DNA from: an uncultured Acinetobacter sp.
GTDB taxonomy: Bacteria > Cyanobacteriota > Vampirovibrionia > Gastranaerophilales > Gastranaerophilaceae
Assembly: GCA_900321205.1 (NCBI GenBank)
Contig: ONVC01000001.1
Location: 20,426 to 84,425 of the forward strand
DNA: 64,000 nt
Direction: 5' to 3'
The position numbers were made by a program, and so were the translations under genes. A model generated the notes under the pieces. That model saw only the letters and a list, made by a program, of their open reading frames with translations, was not told where the DNA came from and did not search any database. Below, in pieces: positions 59,291 through 64,000 of the stretch (positions are counted from its first letter, which is position 1; the number at the start of each line of letters is the position of its first letter).

Positions 59291-60334
59291 TCAGCACTCA
59301 AGATAGGTGTAATCAGGGTTATTTTTCAGTTTTTCCTCTATTTCTTCAAAAGTCAGAAGTCCGTCTGTTGCACCAAACTCTGATACTACGCTTGCAGAGT
59401 TAACAGAACCGTACATAAGTGACAAACCGACATTTATGTCGGTACGACTTAAAGCACCGCAGAAGGTTGAAGCAAACGCATCACCTGCGCCTAGTGTTGA
59501 AACAACGTCAGACGGGAATGTCGGGCAGAAATAATATTTTTTGCCATCCCATGCGTAAGCACCTTTGTTTCCGTCAGTTATAACAATAACCTGATATTCC
59601 TGTACTTTCAATTCTCTGAGCATTGCTTTTATATCAGGGTGTACAAGTTCTTTCGAGAATCGTTCTGTTTTGGTATCAGGTCTTACCTGTATTCCTGTTG
59701 CCATAATTGCTTCTTCTTTGTTCATAACAACAACGTGAGCATATTTGAGGATTTTATCAAGGTGTTTACGTCCTTTTTTGAGGCTTGTTGTCCCTGCATT
59801 AAAGCAAATTGCAAGGTCGTGTTTATGAGCGAAATCAACAAGCGGTTCAATTACAGAGTTTGATTCCCCGTTAAGCGGTGCTACATAAATAAAATCAGCA
59901 TCTTTTACTGCGTCAAAATCAATTTCATCTTCTCTGATTTCAGCGTTAGCACCACGGTGAGCAAGAACAGTTCTGTCACCCTGGAAGCTTACAAGTATGA
60001 TAGAGAAACCTGTTGAAGTATCTTTTCTTTGTATGATATGTTTTAAATTAACTTTATGATTTTTAAAGAAATGTAATATACCTTCTGAATATATGTCTTC
60101 ACCAATCTTAAAGATAGCCGAAGTATCAAAACCAAGATTTGCTAAGTTACAAGCAGTATTAACACCGCCGCCTCCGACTCGTGATGAAAATTCTGAAATA
60201 TCAATTTTAGATCCGTAAGGATAACTCATAAAATCTCTGTTGTGATCTTTGGTACAAACAGATACTATGTTAGCCTCATCACATTCTACAAATACATCTA
60301 CGGTAGCACTTCCGATTGTTATGACTTTTGCCAT
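59291..60334 (-). CDS. PfkB-family carbohydrate kinase
   Basis: IGSATVD, GGGGVN.A..LA.LG, N..EA, ITDG..GA, STLGAGDAF. Start ATG 60334 with RBS AGGAGG. Confidence 0.9.
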   Translation of the reverse strand: MAKVITIGSATVDVFVECDEANIVSVCTKDHNRDFMSYPYGSKIDISEFSSRVGGGGVNTACNLANLGFDTSAIFKIGEDIYSEGILHFFKNHKVNLKHIIQRKDTSTGFSIILVSFQGDRTVLAHRGANAEIREDEIDFDAVKDADFIYVAPLNGESNSVIEPLVDFAHKHDLAICFNAGTTSLKKGRKHLDKILKYAHVVVMNKEEAIMATGIQVRPDTKTERFSKELVHPDIKAMLRELKVQEYQVIVITDGNKGAYAWDGKKYYFCPTFPSDVVSTLGAGDAFASTFCGALSRTDINVGLSLMYGSVNSASVVSEFGATDGLLTFEEIEEKLKNNPDYTYLEC

Positions 60335-60439
60335 CTTAATTCCTCCTGATAATAATGTTATTATACCATAATAATACAATAGCAAAAAATTTTTTTAGAA
60401 GGTTATATAAAAATATGAAACAATTATGAGGTTCTCAGC

Positions 60440-60850
60440 ATGGATTTAAAAGTTAGCTCTACCGCTTTTCAGGGTAAAAAAGAAGTATTATATGCACTCA
60501 AAAAAGCTGCTCAAAAATCAAAAGATTTTGAATACTACAATCAGCCGGCAATTGCTTCCAGAATTCCTACTGACAGACTGCAAGCAGCTCAGAATGCAAC
60601 CATATGTGCATATTTGGATATGGCTTTGCGAGATTCGGAATTCAAAAGTGTAGTTGTAAAAGCAAATGATAAGGACTTATCGTATATAAAAGAGCTTCTT
60701 GCTCCGGAAATGACTGAACACAGCCTTGTTGAACCAATGAAAAAGTTCTCAAAATCTTTGAATGAAACGGTGAATGCTAACTATGGCGGTAAAACAAAAG
60801 AAACAATGACAGCTTTTGTCCGCGAATTACTTCATAAACTTAAATTATAA
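60440..60850 (+). CDS. Hypothetical protein with MDLKVSSTAFQG N-terminus
   Basis: 136-aa ORF, RBS GAGG. Confidence 0.7.
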   Translation: MDLKVSSTAFQGKKEVLYALKKAAQKSKDFEYYNQPAIASRIPTDRLQAAQNATICAYLDMALRDSEFKSVVVKANDKDLSYIKELLAPEMTEHSLVEPMKKFSKSLNETVNANYGGKTKETMTAFVRELLHKLKL

Positions 60851-61654
60851 ACTCAGACTTCTTTTGTAAATCTCATTTTTATTAAGATTAAACAGAGTTG
60901 AAAGAATAACGGAGATATCTTTATCCTTGAATCCCTTATTTTTAAGCTCTTTAATTTTGTAATCAAGCTCTTTGTCTTCAGAATTTTCATCAGGATAAAT
61001 CATACAGACAATTTCGCCTTTTATTCCGTCTTTATAATGATTTAAAATTTCTGATATAAATCCGACTTTTATTTCTTCAAACAGTTTTGAGAGTTCTCTT
61101 CCGAGTGCTATTTTAATTTCACCCCGAACAGTTTTTATTGTTTCAAGAGTTTTTAGTATTCTTTCGGGTGAATCATAAAAAACAAGATTGTTTGCGGAAT
61201 ATTTTTGAACAATCTCTTTTATTTGTCCTTCGCTTCTCGGTATAAATCCGACAAATGTAAACTCTTCACTTTCTCTCGGTATTTGAGATAAAAACGTTGT
61301 AACGGCACATGCTCCTGGCAGTGATGTTACGGAGAAACCGTTTTTCAGAAGTTCATCTATAATTACTTCGCCCGGGTCACAAATCAAGGGTGTACCGGCA
61401 TCGGATACAAGTGCAATTTTTTTCCCTGATTTTAGTTCTGACAGAAAAAAGTTGACTCTTTCCCGTTCGTTGTACTTGTGATATGAAATGCACTTTGTTT
61501 TTATACCATAGTGGTTAAGAATTTTTTGAGTGGTTCTGGTATCTTCGCACGCAACAAAATCAACGCTTTTAAGAACTTCTATTGCTCTCAGAGTAATATC
61601 CGAGATATTCCCTATCGGAGTAGGTACTACATAAAAATCAAATTCTCTTGCCAT
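60845..61654 (-). CDS. rsmI: 16S rRNA C1402 2'-O-methyltransferase RsmI
   Basis: YVVPTPIGN..DIT.RA, ACEDTR, LVSDAGTP.ICDPG, RELSK.FEE. Confidence 0.95.
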   Translation of the reverse strand: MAREFDFYVVPTPIGNISDITLRAIEVLKSVDFVACEDTRTTQKILNHYGIKTKCISYHKYNERERVNFFLSELKSGKKIALVSDAGTPLICDPGEVIIDELLKNGFSVTSLPGACAVTTFLSQIPRESEEFTFVGFIPRSEGQIKEIVQKYSANNLVFYDSPERILKTLETIKTVRGEIKIALGRELSKLFEEIKVGFISEILNHYKDGIKGEIVCMIYPDENSEDKELDYKIKELKNKGFKDKDISVILSTLFNLNKNEIYKRSLSL

Positions 61655-61658
61655 AATA

Positions 61659-62084
61659 TTAATTATCCCAATGTGTTTTTTCAACAAAAGTTTTTACAGC
61701 TTCCGTTAAATCAGCTGGAGAATCAAGCGGTTTCTCGCCTTCGGGCGGAATCGGTTCCGGGGTTGCAACAGCATCACGAACCTTGTTGTATAAGCTTAGT
61801 ACGGCATACAAAAATATTGATGTTCCGGCAACACATAGCATCGCTATAATGAATTTCTTAGCAAGTTTTTTTTTGCTTATCGGTTCTTTAAATCGTCCCG
61901 GAAGAACATCAGGAGCCGAAGGTTCATCAATAACAGGTGCCTGCTGGTTATTAAGTTCGTTAACCTCTTCCGTTGTTAAAATTTCAAGGGAACCCGTTTG
62001 TGCCGTTTCACCTTCCTGTCCTTCTATTGCAAGAACAGGAAGAGAAAGTGAACACATTATTAATATTGCAAAGAGTTTCTTCAT
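61659..62084 (-). CDS. Exported membrane-anchored hypothetical protein
   Basis: Signal peptide plus one TM helix. Confidence 0.7.
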   Translation of the reverse strand: MKKLFAILIMCSLSLPVLAIEGQEGETAQTGSLEILTTEEVNELNNQQAPVIDEPSAPDVLPGRFKEPISKKKLAKKFIIAMLCVAGTSIFLYAVLSLYNKVRDAVATPEPIPPEGEKPLDSPADLTEAVKTFVEKTHWDN

Positions 62085-62093
62085 TTGGATTAA

Positions 62094-63842
62094 TTATCCT
62101 TCTGTTTCTTCTTTTGTTTTATTGTTGCGTCTGCTTTTGTTAGCGCCTCTGTTTGGTCTGCGTGAACGCTTTGGTGCAGACTTCTTTTCTTCGCTTTGCT
62201 CAGGAGTTTCCGTAACAGGAGCGGTTTCCTCCGGAGCCGGTTCAGTTACTTCCTTTTTGGTTCGTTTATTTTTGTTTACGGTCTTTTTATCAATAACAGG
62301 AGCAATTTCAGCTTCGCTATTTAAAACAGTTGTTGCAATTTCTTCTGTTTTTACATCAGCTTCTTTTACTCTTTTACGACTTCTTGATTTACCCCTTGTC
62401 TGTTGTTCGGTTTTGATTTCCTGAACTTCAGCCTGTGCCGTAACGGCAGGATTTTCAGCTTGTTCTATCTGCGGTTCCTGAACTTCTTTAATTTCTTCCT
62501 GCGGCTTGTTGTTATCATTTAACCCTTTGTTGAATTTGTTGTTAGAGAATTTCTTTCTGTCATTCATAGGAAGTTTGATTTTTGCTGCTTTTGCTCTGTA
62601 CTCGCCTTCAGCTGTTGCGGAAGCGAATTTTAAATCTTCCATAATATAGCCGTTACCCTGGCAGTGCGGACAACGTTTTGCAAAAATTTCGCTTATTGCC
62701 TGACCTTGTCTGTGACGAGTCATTTCCACAAGACCTAAATCTGATAGCTGACCGACTTGCGGTTTAGCTTTATCAGCTTCCATTGCAAGCTCAAGTTCTT
62801 CCATCATTGTTAATTTATCGATACGGTTTGTCATATCGATAAAGTCAATGATAATCATACCGCCGATATTTCTCAGGCGAAGCTGGCGTGCAATTTCGTG
62901 GACTGCTTCAATATTTGTTTTTAAGATTGTTTCATCCTGTGTTGCGGAGTTTGTAAACTTACCGCTGTTAACGTCAATAACCGTAAGAGCTTCTGTTGTC
63001 TGAATAAACAGATATCCGCCTGACGGAAGGTTTACCTTCATTTGGAGTGCGGCTTTGATTTCTTTATGAATATCCATAGCAACTAGCAAAGGCTCTGAAC
63101 CTTTGTACAGAGTAACGTTAATGTTTTTATTCATGTGCCAGTTTTGAAGCAGATTCTGAACCCTGTTGAGAGCAAATCCCGTATCTACAATAATTTCCTG
63201 AGTTTCTTCATTACAAGCCTCACGAATAACTCTGTATAACAAATCCTGGTCACGGTATAAAAGACTTGGCGGCTCCATGCTTTCAGCAGAAGTTACAATA
63301 TTGTTCCATTTTTCAAGAAGGATTTCCAAATCTTCCTGAATATCTGCTTCTGTTTGTCCTTCAGCTTCTGTTCTTACGATTACGCCTACTCCGACAGGTT
63401 TAAGAAGGTTGACTAATGATTTAAGTCTTGCTCTTTCTTTTGATGAAGTGATTTTTTTACTTACGTTAATCCCTGCTTCGTTTGGCATAAGTACCAAAAA
63501 TCTTCCCGGGAGTGAGATTTCTGTTGTAACACGGGGACCTTTATGCCCTACGGGTTCTTTTACAACCTGAACTACAAGTTTTTGTTTCGGTTTAAGTTTA
63601 TCCTGCAAGGCACCTTTACCGCCTACGTCCTGTGCGTGAAGGAAACCCATTTTATCAGAACCGACATTTACGAAGGCTGCTTCAATAGAAGGTAAGATGT
63701 TTTCAACCTGACAGAGGTAAACATCTCCTAAAATAATCTCTCCTCTGTGTACAAAAAATTCGGCAACTTTTCCGTTTTCAATAACCGCAGCAATATTATC
63801 ACGCTCGGCTATAACAATTTTGTTTGCGTTTGTGTCTTTCAT
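62094..63842 (-). CDS. rne: Ribonuclease E/G family
   Basis: S1 domain (GDVY...V..ILP.IEAAFV), K.P.G.KGPR, LTVIDVNSG, QLRLRNIGG.I.IDFIDM, CPHC.G.G, disordered C-tail. Confidence 0.93.
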   Translation of the reverse strand: MKDTNANKIVIAERDNIAAVIENGKVAEFFVHRGEIILGDVYLCQVENILPSIEAAFVNVGSDKMGFLHAQDVGGKGALQDKLKPKQKLVVQVVKEPVGHKGPRVTTEISLPGRFLVLMPNEAGINVSKKITSSKERARLKSLVNLLKPVGVGVIVRTEAEGQTEADIQEDLEILLEKWNNIVTSAESMEPPSLLYRDQDLLYRVIREACNEETQEIIVDTGFALNRVQNLLQNWHMNKNINVTLYKGSEPLLVAMDIHKEIKAALQMKVNLPSGGYLFIQTTEALTVIDVNSGKFTNSATQDETILKTNIEAVHEIARQLRLRNIGGMIIIDFIDMTNRIDKLTMMEELELAMEADKAKPQVGQLSDLGLVEMTRHRQGQAISEIFAKRCPHCQGNGYIMEDLKFASATAEGEYRAKAAKIKLPMNDRKKFSNNKFNKGLNDNNKPQEEIKEVQEPQIEQAENPAVTAQAEVQEIKTEQQTRGKSRSRKRVKEADVKTEEIATTVLNSEAEIAPVIDKKTVNKNKRTKKEVTEPAPEETAPVTETPEQSEEKKSAPKRSRRPNRGANKSRRNNKTKEETEG

Positions 63843-63866
63843 CGTTTCTAAATCCTTTTTACATAA

Positions 63867-63998
63867 CTACATTTCGTTTAGTTTTTCGTCAAGGAAACGA
63901 ACTCTTGTGATTTCAAATATTTGTTCAGGGTTTACAAGTTTCATCAAATCATCCGCGCGCAAAGCAGGGATATCTGACCCTTGACCGACTTTAAGGTA
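63867..63998 (-). CDS. C-terminal fragment of the gene upstream of rne (possibly radical SAM-linked DUF2344 protein)
   Basis: Open frame YLKVGQGSDIPALRADDLMK...ITRVRFLDEKLNEM* runs off the window. Identity inferred from synteny with rne only. Confidence 0.45.
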   Translation of the reverse strand, partial: YLKVGQGSDIPALRADDLMKLVNPEQIFEITRVRFLDEKLNEM

Positions 63999-64000
63999 TA

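Overview
AT-rich chromosomal window from a diderm, flagellated, non-photosynthetic relative of Cyanobacteria. The most likely source is Melainabacteria/Vampirovibrionia (Gastranaerophilales-like), inferred from LdpA, cyanobacterial-type UvrD and PD-(D/E)XK proteins, and flagellar L/P-ring genes, with no photosynthesis genes in the window. It carries housekeeping genes (pdxA, mtnA, leuC, tsf, rpsB, ftsY, nusB, deoB, rsmH, ndk, tgt, thrS, glyS, dtd, pfp, rsmI, rne), RNase P RNA, an EmrA-MarR-TolC efflux module and a flagellar cluster (slt-flgF, flgG-flgA-flgI-flgJ-?flgM-flgH-flgN-flgK-flgL). Many lineage-specific orphan genes are interspersed. No tRNA, rRNA, CRISPR array or transposase was seen. 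The most interesting signals are: (1) HLR1/RpaB-type tandem boxes at a fixed, activator-like distance from the promoters of four signal-peptide-less orphan genes, and also upstream of an alternative sigma factor; (2) a perfect sigma-28 promoter driving a 1235-aa LysM/lysozyme-like/CHAP-like cell-wall hydrolase; (3) a shared N-terminal motif on scattered orphan proteins, suggesting flagellar-type export; (4) a duplicated palindromic operator upstream of two flagellar operons; (5) a strongly over-represented (A)GGGGTAAA(T) motif; (6) structured intergenic repeat elements. All calls are from reading the sequence by eye; no searches were run.
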